A stretch of DNA of 64,000 nucleotides from Haliotis cracherodii (taxonomy: Eukaryota): the NCBI RefSeq assembly GCF_022045235.1, contig NW_027266275.1:69688001-69752000 (forward strand), given 5' to 3'. A model generated the notes under the pieces. The model did not search any database, was not told the DNA's origin, and was given only the letters and a program-made list of their open reading frames with translations. Position numbers and translations under genes: made by a program. The first letter of the stretch is position 1, and every line of letters begins with the position of its first letter. This document shows, piece after piece, positions 12,496-25,412 of the stretch.

Positions 12496-13776
12496 TATAT
12501 TCTATATTCACGGATAGAAGTGCCTTTATCATGCTTAGAGTGATTGTCCTGTGGTATTTTTTTTCATTTCGACAGGGACAACCGGAGTATGAATATATTT
12601 GTCACACCCTTCATGTTATCGTTTGTGTTGATATGGCAACGAATCGAAGCAAGCATGTATTCATATATTGACGTGTTAATGCAATAAAAGAGTGAATGAG
12701 TCGAGTTTAAAGCCGTATTGAACAGTATTACAGTGACGTCATGGCGTGCCAGCTTGATGTGAGAGGAAATTCCATGTTGTATTTATTTCCCGCTTTTGGT
12801 AAAACCCCGGAGCCAGTGTATACGTCTGGCAAACTTCGGATCACAGCGCATGATCACATTCCAGGCCGCAACTTCGCACAACGCACTACAGCACTTTATC
12901 ATTTAAAGTCGGAGGAGTTTTTTCGAGCTTAAATGATCACAAGTCGTCCAAACAATTCTTGCGGTCCACAAAACCAAACTTCAGAGATGATTTGTTTGGT
13001 ATTAACGAGAAAACGCCCAATTTGTTTTTGTAGTATTTTTATACCGAGGAACTGTTTATATACCATCAAGTCATCACAGTGGGAACACGTAAATGACGGC
13101 TCTCAATCCACGTGTCATGTACGTAATATCTGCATTGCAGCTTGTTTCTAACTAAGATGTCATTTTAGGAAATATTTTCGAGTTAACAAAACTGTTCCTT
13201 AACTTAAACCAGTAAGACGACTTTTCGGCCAAAAAATTGATGGTGTATTTTGTTTTGAATATGTGTAAAGTGCTGTCCCGTCTCATATGTATTTTGTGTT
13301 CTGTGTCAAAATATGTGCTAGTTTCCTTAAAGTCATTAAGCTAATACAAGTCAAGAAACAGCTGTTGCTAACTCGAATTCCAACATCCAATATCATTATT
13401 TTCACACTAGATATAGCGAAGCGACGGCTGTTACGAACACAGTTGAAATTAACGCCATTGCTCAAGTAAATACGAACTTCGAAGAATACGAATTGATTTT
13501 ACAGGTCACTTTGAATATTATCCGGAGTTGACAGTCTGAACTGATGGGGGAGAAACATTTACATGCAAATGTTAATTCGCCAAACATGACAAGATAATCG
13601 ACATCGTTAGTCACGATATGGCTGGATTATTGCCGATGCAAACGTTAAATCATAACTTACGATAATCGATAATCGACATTGCTATGTCACGAGTTGAAAT
13701 ATTACACAGTCATACATTTGGTGTATGATATCTACGTCCAAAATCTTAGCGACCTCTAGTTATTCTAATTTTCGGT

Positions 13777-13907
13777 GGGGCGGTCGGGTAGTCTAGTGCT
13801 TAAAGCGTTCGCTAGTCACACTGAAGGCCCCGGTTCGATTTCCCACCGTGATATTGCTGAAATATTGCTAAAACGGCGTAAAACCATACTCACTCACTCA
13901 CTCACTC
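13777..13907 (+). mobile_element. SINE family A, internally deleted
   Basis: tRNA head joined directly to the 3' terminal segment and (ACTC)n. Confidence 0.85.
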
Positions 13908-14516
13908 TATCTATTGTGTAACAAATTTCAAAAATAGGCAGTCATTATTACTAATAATGTGCATTTTATGGGGATTGTTCTTTTTAAGCAAGACCACCAC
14001 AACATATAAACCCAACGTCATCGTTCATGTAGCTCGCGGCGTATGAATACCGCTTGTCAACGTGAAGCCTGATATTGCAGCTGAAGTATTCGAGGTATCT
14101 GTGTTAAATGATAGGAACTGTTTTGGTGTATTATCTCGCGAGGTGGAACTGACTACAGAGCGAGATACGCAGGAGTGGAACGTGTTCAGACTGGGGAATG
14201 CAGCTCTGTGTTTAGTAAACATGTACACCCTTGAAAGTTATTTGTAGTTCTAAATAGTCTGTTGAGGTTTCTCCAGTATCAATAGTTTGAGAATTTTATA
14301 TAAGCTGTGGGTACAGGTCTGGATCATTCTTAGAGTATATTTAGTCAAATACGACGTTTTTCAAATTTTGTCTGCTCGTAAGTCGTATTACTAATATAAC
14401 AGGTTACATGAAATATATTCCACATTCGTAGAAGGTACCAGGATAGGCGTATCATAAACATTCATTGTTGTAACCCTGTCCTGAATGATGTATCATGGAA
14501 CTGATTATTGAATGAC

Positions 14517-14857
14517 GACCGCCTCCGTGGTCTAGTGGTAGAGCGTCCGCCCGGAGAGCGGAAGGACCGGGGTTCGATTCCCGGCCGCGTCATACCAAAA
14601 GACGTTGAAAATGGTACTTGTTGTTACCCTGTCTGGCACTCGGCATTAAGGGGCTAAAACAAGGACTGGTCGGCTCGGAGTCAGTATACTTTGTCTGATT
14701 TGGGTATTCATGTTCAACTGCGACATGGTATCTCAGAGGGCTATCACTATCAATCAGTCCGGACGAAAACAAGCAGCCATACACACACAAGCGTGCATCC
14801 ACGTCGCTATATAAGTGCAATAATCTTGGACGCGACGTTAAACCCCATTTCACCTCA
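14517..14857 (+). mobile_element. SINE family B
   Basis: Colinear full copy. Confidence 0.9.
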
Positions 14858-15217
14858 TCTTTACTGAATGGAGGACCGCTCTAAGTCTCAGTCTCAGTCA
14901 TGTTTCCGATCCGGACATGATTTTCCAAGGGAAGTCACTCCTGATGTAATATCAGGGGCAGATAACCTTCAGCTACCCTCCCGAGCCCAAATCAATATTC
15001 TGATATTTTCATGTTGTTTTGCAAATTTTGTTTTTGTAGGATTATTAATTATTTTCATATTATTGAGCAGCTCAACCATGCGTCACTTCGCGGATCAATG
15101 GTTTATTCACATCCAACCACCGATGAAAGTTTACAATAATATAATAGTCAAACCGTGGGTAACGTGGCAAGTGAAGCGTTCTCCTCCTGTGGAGTCTATT
15201 ATGATTATATGGGGATG

Positions 15218-15440
15218 TTTTCGCTGTGCAGAGTTGCGTCCCTTGGGCATGCCAGAAACCTATGATTGTGGGTTCGAATCCCGGTTCGCCCCGATTATGT
15301 TTCCGTGCTCGTGGGTTTCACCGAAGTGGTAAATGTCTGAGACCTGCATCACTTCGGGCTTTCGTCCCACATTAAGCTGACACGCCGTGATATGACTGGA
15401 ATACTGTTAAAAGCGGCGTTAAACCCAACTCACTCACTCA
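15218..15440 (+). mobile_element. SINE family D, 5'-truncated
   Basis: Colinear with 33765-34036. Other pieces at ~12690-12760, 18735-18820, 18945-19050(-), 23820-23935, 27135-27288, 53330-53495, 56455-56710 and 59274-59485(-). Confidence 0.8.
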
Positions 15441-15447
15441 TGTTCAG

Positions 15448-15557
15448 GGTGGCGTTGTACAGAGCGATCTCAACGCCAAGGTGATCGTAACTCCTATATC
15501 TTAACATAAAGTTAAGTTACTACAGGAAGCCCTAAGGTTGTTTTGTACAGCGGCACC
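15448..15557. mobile_element. PIF/Harbinger-like MITE
   Basis: Imperfect TIRs GGTGGCGTTGTACAGAGC / GGTGCCGCTGTACAAAAC, flanked by a 3-bp CAG duplication. Confidence 0.6.
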
Positions 15558-15900
15558 CAGGCACACATGCCGATACACAGCCTTAAAGAAATGCATACAT
15601 TTCCCGCCACTGAGAACACATGTCTTTGTTTATCATGCTTGGTTTCCACAGTCCCCAAAAGTAGGTTAATGGCTTCCGATGTACACATATAAGAAGTTGA
15701 TAGTACAATAGCCGAAGTACGATGACCCTTGCCGACCTTGACACACTTTCGGAAACCAGCTGTAATATGTAACACACTCAAGGCCGATCCAGATGAAGCA
15801 GACACACTCATCAGGAACAATCTCTTTTGGACACAGTTTTTAAATCAGATTTTTTGCTACTATATCCAATATTCGGTTCAGTATTATTCAGTATGGAACA

Positions 15901-16217
15901 GACCGCTTCCGTGGTCTAGTGGTAGGTCCGGGGTTCGATCCCCGCCGCGTCATACCCAAGGACGTAAAGAGATGGTACTTGTTGTTACCCTGTCTTCCGC
16001 TCGGCATTAAGGGGCTAAACAAGGACTGGTCGACTCGGAGTCAGTATACTGTGTCTGAGAGGGGTAATCATGTTAAACTGCGGCATGGTATCTCAGTGGA
16101 CTTGCACTAAAAATCGGCATCGGTCTGGACTAGTACAAGCAGCCACACACACGTACAAGCACGTGCAATAATATTAATCTTGGACGCGAAGTTAAACCCT
16201 ATTTCACCTCACCTCAC
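15901..16217 (+). mobile_element. SINE family B
   Basis: TSD CAGTATGGAACA; deletion in the head. Confidence 0.9.
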
Positions 16218-16602
16218 CAGTATGGAACACTGAAGGAAATAATACAAGGTAATCAGTTTATAACGTTTGCTCAGTATATATGTTCATCTGATCTTTATTT
16301 CGCTCATCATGTGAATGCTTTGAGCATACATTTGAAATATTGAACTAAGCGCGTTATTAATACACTTCATCATCATCATCATCATCATCATCATTATCCT
16401 TAGTGGGACAATCTGCGAAATCTCCTACAAAAGAATACTTTTTTGCATGTTGTTTGAATGTTGGAATTTGGGGAAGTAATATAACATCAGGTGTGAAGTT
16501 AAAATCTAACAATAATGACATGAACTAACGACACTCATTTGAGACAGTTGATTACAACACCCCACATACATGTATTATAGATAATACCACTCTGAATGTA
16601 AA

Positions 16603-16750
16603 GGGGCGGTCGGGTAGCCTAGTGGTTAAAGCGTTCGCTCGTCACGCCAAAGACCCGGATTCGATTCAATGTTTGAAGCCCATTTCTGGTGTCCCCCGCC
16701 GTAATATTGCTGGAATATTGCTACAAAAACATACTCACTCACTCACTCAC
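16603..16750 (+). mobile_element. SINE family A
   Basis: Head, body with small deletions, (ACTC)n tail. Confidence 0.85.
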
Positions 16751-16951
16751 GGAATGTTGCAATTAACAACTGAGTTCATACCTTAGCTACAGTGTCACAG
16801 TACACAAACAAATCACATGATAGTGCTGATACATATTTAACTCTTTGCTAGAGATGACAATGTATATTATTAAGGATAACAACTTCTTTATTATACATAC
16901 CCTACATGTCAGGCTCCTTCTTACCCCGAAACCCCTTGGTATGGGCAATGA

Positions 16952-17312
16952 GGGGAGGTGAGGTGAGGTGAGGTGAGGTGGGGTTTAACGTCGCGTCCAA
17001 GATTATTGCACTTATATAGCGACGTGCATGCATGTGTATGTGTGGCTGCTTGTACTAGTCCGGACTGATGCCGATGTATGGTGCCAGCACACTGAGATAC
17101 CATACCGCAGTTCAACATGAATACCCCACTCAGACACAGTATACTGACTCCGAGCCGACCAGTCCTTGTTTTAGCCCCTTAATGCCGAGCGCCAGACAGG
17201 GTAACAACAAGTACAATCTTTAAACGTCTTTTGGTGTGACGCGGCTGAGGATCGAACCCCGGACCTTCCGCTCTCCGGGCGGACGCTTTACCATTAGACC
17301 ACGGAGGCGGTC
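16952..17312 (-). mobile_element. SINE family B
   Basis: 13-bp TSD GTATGGGCAATGA. Confidence 0.9.
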
Positions 17313-19960
17313 GTATGGGCAATGAAGAAGTTGTTATCATACTCGTACTCACTGGCATGTCTACATCCAACTTCTTAATGCGCATAAAAAATCTAATAAC
17401 GATGTATATGTACATAATAAATACAATACTATGAATGGCCAAGACTGATTCGTACACAATTTTCTTTTCAAATATTTTGATGTGTTCTTTGTTTTTACAG
17501 ATGAAAAGTTTATCAAAAATAATGAAAAAGACAATATTTACAGAACCGAAATACTACAAAATGTACTTTTCATGTTACGTTAAGAACGAATTCCTTCAAG
17601 AAAAAATATACTGAAAACACAAATGCTCTTATCATTGAGATCATAGAATGAGCCATGACATGAGATATAAATTAGAGATGTCAGATTTGAAACATGACAT
17701 GCATATCTTGAAACGCTATCTCGAAGATTTAACGTCTTATGTAATAAATTCAACAGAATGTTTCATGTTTCTCAGCTTTAAAATTTGAAGTTAAAGACTA
17801 TAAATCCCGAAATGATTAAAAATAGCATCTTTTTCTGCATAATCTAAGATTTTTTGTAGTATCAGGCCAGGAAGACTAACTGAAGAGAGAACGGCTTCGA
17901 CAGCATCAACAACTATGCCAGACATGGAAACCACGCGGCGCAGTGAAATATACGAGCGCGTGGTGAAATAGACGAGCACATGGCACTGTTCATTTCACCC
18001 ACTATGGAGCCATTGAAGCGACAACATCTGGCCGAAATGTACTTTTTTACACCGACGTGGCGTTTCTGAATACATAAACAGTGTCTCAGAATTCACCATA
18101 AGTATCAGTCCGACAGAAACTTTATACTTTATTCCCTAATGTAATCTTCAATGCCTTGTGTCCGACATGATGTGCATTAAGTCATAGCTTCTGATATCTT
18201 GGGTCAGGACGCTGTCAGTTGTGACATCTCATAACATGATGTAATAGAGAACACACAAATAATGCACGTGTTACGACTGGTTAAGCTTTTGAAGCCATGC
18301 AACCGTTGAAAAATAAACAGCTTAAAGAACAATTAATAATAGATATAGGCAAAATAACTAATTGATTTTAGGGCAAATATGGCCAGGTGTTCCAATTCGT
18401 TCAGATATTTTTCTATTGTATCGTGTTGTAATTGTGTGTACATTATACATGGCTGCATATACTATTTATCTCCGGCTGCATGTACTAGTTGCGAATATTA
18501 AATCCTACATTCGTTGGTTGGCACAGAGATCTTGATAAGTAAGAGGACTATGTTCCTCTCTTAAAGGCACGTTCTTCTCTAGATAAAGGACAGGCCATCG
18601 TATTGAACCAAGGACCCGTTGCGAGAAAAGAATTCGTAGTAAGTGTTTGAATAACGTTACAGTATAAGAAAGATTGACAACAGTCGGAATGATCAGTTAC
18701 TTCATCCGTTTACATCCTATTGTACACATAGACTTGCATCACTGTCATCTAATGTAAAGCTGACACGCCGTGATATGACTGACACACTGTTCAAGCTAAA
18801 CTAAACACACTCACTCACTCTGTAGCATACTGCTAATGCTTGCAGGCCTATTGAGGACTAACCCCATCATGAGGCACTGACATTACGAAAACGGCCTGGG
18901 CAGCTTGAACCCGATTTTTAAAAACCAAAGTGTAAGATTATAAGCTAGAAACATAATCGGGGCGAACCGGGATTCGAACCCACAATCATAGGTTTTCTAG
19001 TGTGCCCAAGGGACGCAACTCTGCACAGCGAATCGCGGTGTCTTAGACGGAAAAAAGCCCCCATCCCCCACCCCAACCCCCATATTGTGGAGACATAACA
19101 CAACACAAACACAAGACATGTAACACAATTAAGGCTCTGTTTTCAAAGTGTAGACGTACGATGTATTTGCACAGCAGACACTTACACCCAAAGTCTTGTC
19201 TGATGATATGGTAGGTTTAAATCACAGTCCAATGTAATTTTAAGCTGGTTTGAGCTTAAACAACTTTCTAATTACCAAAGAGAAAATAAATCTATTGACA
19301 ACGTTTACATTTTTCTTAAACCAAAAGGTTATATAATGTCATCTGAGTTTAACGTAAAGTAAAATAACGTCAATTATATGTGTATGTGTTTTAATTAACC
19401 ATATATTATCAATTGGCCTACAATATCAACAGATAATTCATATGGCAATATTTGTGTTTGAAATGGTGTTATGATGAAGTTTTGCTCGATTTTTGGAAAT
19501 ATTATTTTATTTTACACATTGCTTGTTATTATGTCTGCACCATAGATAACATTTTACATGATGTGCTAATCAAAATTATTAGGACTTATTTGTATACAGA
19601 AATGTGACCCGTGCGGCCTTAGTCTTCAAAAATAACCCCTGTTTACGCAGACCCTGAGAAAAGAGCGTGTATGAAGCTTATATTGGTGTCGGCAACCAGG
19701 TGTTACCTTTCAACTACATCTTCAGGAAGACCCGCCCTGTGGAGAGTTCAATCTATGTGCAAATGGATGGTGGGAAGGTGAGAAGTGGTCATGCCGACAG
19801 TGTGGTCGAGCAATCAGTTTCTGGCCAGACTTCAAAGCATACAACCGGACAGGCCAAGGTCGTCTTCAGTATGCCATTTTGCATCATTTGTTTTCAAGAT
19901 TTTCACTATCCGCGATAATGCTGGCATTGTGCGAAAAACAGCGTACAACCATCCTCACTC

Positions 19961-20184
19961 GTCCCGGAACATCCGGGTTAGATTTGGTCTTCAGCAACCA
20001 TGCTGGTAGACGGCAAACGGGATCGGGTGGTCAGGCTCGCTGACATGATTTATGCATCGAATCCCATTTCCGTACTTCGATGGTCATGATGTCAATCACT
20101 GGACTGTCTGTCCCAGACACAATTAATTACAGATCGTCGTCATATAGCTAGAACATATCGGGGTTAAATAACAAACAAACAAAC
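19961..20184 (+). mobile_element. Retroposon family C (non-tRNA structured head, (AAAC)n tail), diverged
   Basis: Starts GTCCCG; colinear with 61727-61971. Confidence 0.8.
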
Positions 20185-20716
20185 ACTTCTTTTCTTGTAC
20201 TAGTCACAAAGGACTCACTGTACTATCATATATGTCCCTTCGATAATAAAGTATTATTCCATTAAATTTTACGAAACCAACACTGGTGAAAAAATTGAGT
20301 TTTCTAAAGAAAAATTGTATTTGTTCTTGCTTTAGCATGTATGAGAGTGAGGAAAGGTTCAGCGAGGAACGTTTGAGACACATTGGTTTCCGGAACTAAA
20401 ACGGAACGTGTTATCGTGCCAATCTTTATTTTTGTGCTTTTAGATTTTCTGTCGTGATTAAATTGTTGCTGACCACATATGGTATGTTGTGTATACCATT
20501 CGATTGTAAGCCTATCGTCATGTTCCTTGAGGTAAATGGTGAATAATCCTCATAATTAATTAAAAGTGACGAAACCTTTTCCATAATCGTAATAAATCTC
20601 CGCGAAAAGCAGAATCCGTTGCACGATTTCGACTGTTTCACACACATAAATGTGATAAGCAGCTTATGAAATGTGAAAATGTAAGCTGGTCGTTATTCCT
20701 ACATTCATCGTCATTA

Positions 20717-20832
20717 GGGGCGGTCTGGTAGCCTAGTGGTTAAAGCGTTCGCTCGTCACGCCGAAGACCCGGGTTCGATTCCCGACAATGGGCACTCACT
20801 CACTCACTCACTCACTCACTCACTCACTCACT
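20717..20832 (+). mobile_element. SINE family A, head plus tail only
   Basis: tRNA head fused to a long (ACTC)n run; TSD CATCGTCATT. Confidence 0.85.
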
Positions 20833-21179
20833 CATCGTCATTTATGTGAACCCAAACTACAGGTTTGACCGAAAGCCGAAAAGAAAGTAAAATATAACTG
20901 TGTCAAACATATGATTAACTACGATCGAAATAGTGCAAAAATATGCAGTATATGTTTTCGGAATGTACAATCAGAGAGAATGGGTTATATAATGCGTGAA
21001 GGTGTTTCGTCTGAGACGTTGTCTAAGGATAACATTAAATTCTGTTCTGTTTTCAACCTACATTGTGGTGGTTCATTATAAAGCGCAATGCTATTTCAGT
21101 GATAAACAGTTGTCCAAACCTGAGAATAGCACCACGACAGTGGTGTTCACTATGACAATGATACATAAATGGTCCCGAT

Positions 21180-21570
21180 AGTCATCTTCAGTACATGCCC
21201 AATTTGTTAAATACCTCATCCCTAATGGAGACGGTATCACGAAATTAGGCTAACAGGTCCTGTGCTAACACATTCCTAATGGCTTATTATGGCGCACATC
21301 CATGGTCAAGAATTCAAAGCACTCTCAGAGTTTGTTCCTAACGAACCTGGACATAATACACAATAATGCTGTTTCATGGTGCTGAAGAGTAGGTTGTTCC
21401 AGTGAGAGGGGTTTAATTACAGCTACAGTTAAACATTCCTAGACACATGTTGACATTGCTTCAGTCTCATTGTGGAAACAGGTTAAAGATGTGATAATGA
21501 CTGACTGTCCTGGTTGTTGCAGTAGAGATCGGTTGTCTAATATCGTGGCCAGGATCGCCAGGTTAAGTAG
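21180..21570 (+). pseudogene. Degenerate Merlin (IS1595/ISXO2-like) transposase relic
   Basis: Pieces SEFVPNEPGHNTQ, VLKSRL...G...FLD and LWKQ...DRLSNIVARIA resemble the Merlin C-terminal pattern NHS..FV....G.HTQ.IE..W...K...G...YL.EF.WR. Many stops. Confidence 0.4.
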
Positions 21571-21676
21571 CAAGATTGACCTGATGGTGATGACAAACTT
21601 AGTGAAGTCTGTATACTGACGTGCAGAAGATATATTGAAGCCACACATCTTCAGAACATGGGGTTTCATGCTAATG

Positions 21677-21900
21677 GACAGCTTCCTTGGTCTAGTGAAC
21701 AGAGCCTCTGTCCACAGAACGTTAAGTGGTTCGAGGTCGCGTCAAAGGACGTTAAAATATTGTAGTTGTTGTTACCCTGCCTGTCGCTAGGCATTCAGGG
21801 GCTAAAACAAGGACTGGTCGGCTCGGAATCAGTATACTATGTCAGAGTTGGGTATCCATGTTAAACTGAGGCATGGTATCTCAGTGGGCTAGCACTATCA
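21677..21900 (+). mobile_element. SINE family B, 3'-truncated at the Penelope-like fragment
   Basis: 5' two-thirds of family B only. Confidence 0.8.
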
Positions 21901-21904
21901 GAGA

Positions 21905-22845
21905 CACTATCGAGTAATTGTGCAATTAAGTGGAATTACTACCATGTGGGTTCTCAAATGAATTTGCATGATTTTGAGCAATCTCAGGAAGGAACCAAGT
22001 TGATTGTTCAACTTTGTTCAGCGCTCTCCTGCACGACAAACTGAAGCAAAAACTTCATTCCTTGATCCATGTTACCAACCATAGTTTCCATAGATGCTGT
22101 TACCTCTCTATTGGCAGAGGTTCAGGACAATGTATTGAAAATGAAAGCATATGTCACCTGAAGTTCGCTGCGAAAACAATTTGTGAAATGCTGGACCTAC
22201 GTATTGATAACATGTATGTCAAATTTTGGATTTAGGCAGGAAATAGGCATCCTCATGGGCACCAATGTTGCTCCCAATCATGCTGATCAGTTTCTGTAGT
22301 CATATGATTTCGGAATTTCTCATCTGATTTGCAAAGTCAAAACAAGGAAATTTAACTTTAACTTCAGGAATATCTATGATCTGATATAGTTCAATATTGG
22401 TGAAATATCCAAGTCCCTTCCACTGATTTACCTACCTAGAAATAAAAAGACCAAGTGAACCGCCTCATCTGTTGATATTTAGATCTGAAGGATTAAGAGT
22501 GACAAAAACATTTCCCAAGACAATATGACAAGAGGGATGACTTCAACTTTCCAATCGCCAACTTTCCCTTCGTGTCGAGCACTATTATGCAGCAGCTCAA
22601 ACATTTGATGTCAACAATTCACAACTGTTGAGGTACAACCGAGCATGCTCTGTCCACGAAGTGTTTCAAACAGCGTTATACGACTCATGCTCAAATGTTT
22701 TTTGATAAGGGTTTCAACATTCATGGCCTCAGCAAAGTTTGCAAAAACTTTAGACAAGTGGAGGACAGTTTCAAAGTGGACGCATCAGTGACAAAAATGA
22801 TGTCCGACGCAATTCCCTATTTGACTTGTACCATATGTCTATATT
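21905..22845 (+). mobile_element. Penelope-like element (Naiad-type) RT/thumb fragment, degenerate
   Basis: ICEMLDLRIDNMYVKF, RQEIGILMGTNVAPNHADQFL*SY (GIPMGTNCAP motif), FNFNFRNIYDL, YDKRDDFNFPIANFPFVSS and SQLLRYNRACS. No GIY-YIG follows the thumb. Confidence 0.85.
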
Positions 22846-25148
22846 TATGAAGGTGAACAAACGACTATTTGTATTAATTTTTACTGCTATGATATTCCTT
22901 TATGATATATTTCCAAGACATTATGTCTGCATAGAATGGTGATACTATTCTAAAACACTTCAACAATGCAAATTTACACTTATATATTTAGTATGAGTGG
23001 CGAAGCTCCAATGGCAAAGATAATATACAAGGCAAGTACATCTGTGAAACAGAAGATGATCTTACCTGGCTGTCAGACCGTCCCAATGAACCTGACCGTC
23101 GATAGGTTAGCTGAGCGTTTTACCTCATTTTGTAGAGAACACCTTCAAGGGAGCTAATCAGATTCCCATGGCGCAGTGCCATACACCATGGTTACCTTGA
23201 TTGAACTAATATCTAGCCTCACTATGTTTAGTTTCGTGTAAACCTCTTTTGACAGTTTCAATATATTCGTAAACAGGCACAGCGAGCCTCACAAACCTCC
23301 CGTAATTGTACATATCGGTGTTATTGACATTTATGGTTTCTTGCATATGGCTGTGGTTAAGGTTTTGTTTTTATGAAATGAGTTGGGCATTTACACGTTT
23401 ATTGTTAATAAACTTTTAGTGTTATTGTTGTTTGGGGTTTAGGAGATAACTTTTCTCAGAAACTTGTGCGTGTACTGGCATAAGTGGGTTCGTTTGGTTT
23501 TTTTTGTTCGTTCTTCTTTTGGGGGTGGGGTGCGTGGTTGAGTTAAATAATCTCATTTGCTTCCCGTATATTTGACTCACTTTCACACGGCCATTCGAAC
23601 AACTGTCTTTTTTTTATACCGTGCAACACAACACAACAAATGCAGATTTGATAACTACAGGTGAGAGGTAATATATTTATATAAATTAAGTTGTTTAAAT
23701 GGCATAATATCTAGTTGGTTGAAAATGGTTTTCAAACAAAAAATATATTTATTTAATATCCACCTACATACGTGTTATCAATTTTATCTCATTTGGGAAG
23801 TTAAGGAGAATGTCAAATAAGGCCTATAGCAGTGCTGCTCATTATGCACAGATCCAATAGCGGGCAGGAGCATCTGGTGGCCGTGGGTTCGAATCCCAAT
23901 TGATACCAATAATGTTCCTTGGTTTGTCAGCACTAATAATACTTTAATAAATCTGTTACTTTTGAGATTTCTTAGGATTATGGAAAGGGTTTTGTAGTTT
24001 TTATTTCGACCTGTGTAACCTGGACATTTGAAGCTGACGCACTGTGATATAAGGGTTCATAATAGGCACGTTGTATTTAATCAGCAGGAGCTTTGTGTGG
24101 GATCTTATGTGAGAGTCTGGCCAAACCCACTCACTCAAAGAACAACCCTGGCACTGAACCACATGATACATAATATGCGTCCGAGAGAAAGAACATGATG
24201 TAGCCTGTGCTTGTAGACAATGCACATGAACTGCACCTTCTTATAAAAGCCTCTACATGCACATAGTTAGGGGTTTGCTCAGAATCGAAGGTTTTCATTC
24301 ATGTACGCTTCCCGCAAGTGTATCTGTCGACCGAAGGCCACATGGGCAAGACACCCCCCACCCCTCGGTCTAACAGTAGCATCGCATGTAACACCGGAAC
24401 ATTTTTTAACTTCGTATAGAGAAGGAAAAAATACCTACCCACACCTGACCACAAAACTTCTTGCAAACAAATATACCATGTAGGCTGATGTAAAAACAGA
24501 ATTCTACACTTTTCTGTTACGTAAATTTCAAGGCTGATTCTATCTCTTTAAATCAAGTTTACACCATCATCCTCAGCATCAACCCGGTAATCAAGAAGAT
24601 CCTTTAAAACTCCTTTAATCAAACGACCACCATAATTATCTTCAGAAGTGATTTCATCAAAGCTTTACATAATTTCACACGCATACCTGTTAAATTAACT
24701 CAAACTAAGCATATGGGATATGATATAAACATCAACTAGACTCGAGTCAAGGCACTGTTCAATGGCATAAGGATAGAATCTAGTACACAAACCAGATATA
24801 AGAAAGTATGTGCATACTTTGATGTAGTATATCAGCAGCCGACTACGCCATCGCTGGATGAAGGATCACACTTCAATGTGCAACCATAACGCTTGTGGTT
24901 AAGTATCTACGTATTATATGCTCCAGTGGAACATATGCATAATCGTTTGCACGCAGCTTACGTAATACTGAGTGTACACAAACACCGTGCTTCTCGGGAA
25001 GTTATGCAATCGAAGAACGTCATCCATGTATTTCGTTTACCTATATTTACAAGAGAACCACGTTGGATTGAAAAACTCTTCTAAAAGACGTTATATTCTG
25101 TTAAATTCCGTTTTGACCAAACTATACTTTTAATTACTTTACATCTGT

Positions 25149-25412
25149 GTACCCGTGAAAATCCAAGGTAGAATAGGTCTTCAGCAACCCATGCTTGCCG
25201 TAAATGGCGTCTATGCTTGTCGTATGAGGCGACTAACGGGATCGGGTGGTCAGGCTCGCTGATTTGGTTGATGAACGTCATCATATCCTATTTGCGTGGA
25301 TCGATGCTCATAATGTCATTCACTGGATTGTCTGGTCCAGACTCGATTATTTACAGACCGCCGTCATATAGCTGGAATATTGCTGAGTGTGGCGTTAAAC
25401 GACAAACAAACA
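25149..25412 (+). mobile_element. Retroposon family C, full length
   Basis: Starts GTACCCGTGAA; the head hairpin is duplicated in tandem; ends GGCGTTAAACGACAAACAAAC. Confidence 0.9.

Noticed and set aside
19667-20009. 83-aa and 74-aa ORFs; also GC-richer stretches at 29985-30500, 31980-32330 and 41700-42220
   Set aside because: No recognisable protein motif. They may be old transposon remnants but cannot be assigned by eye.
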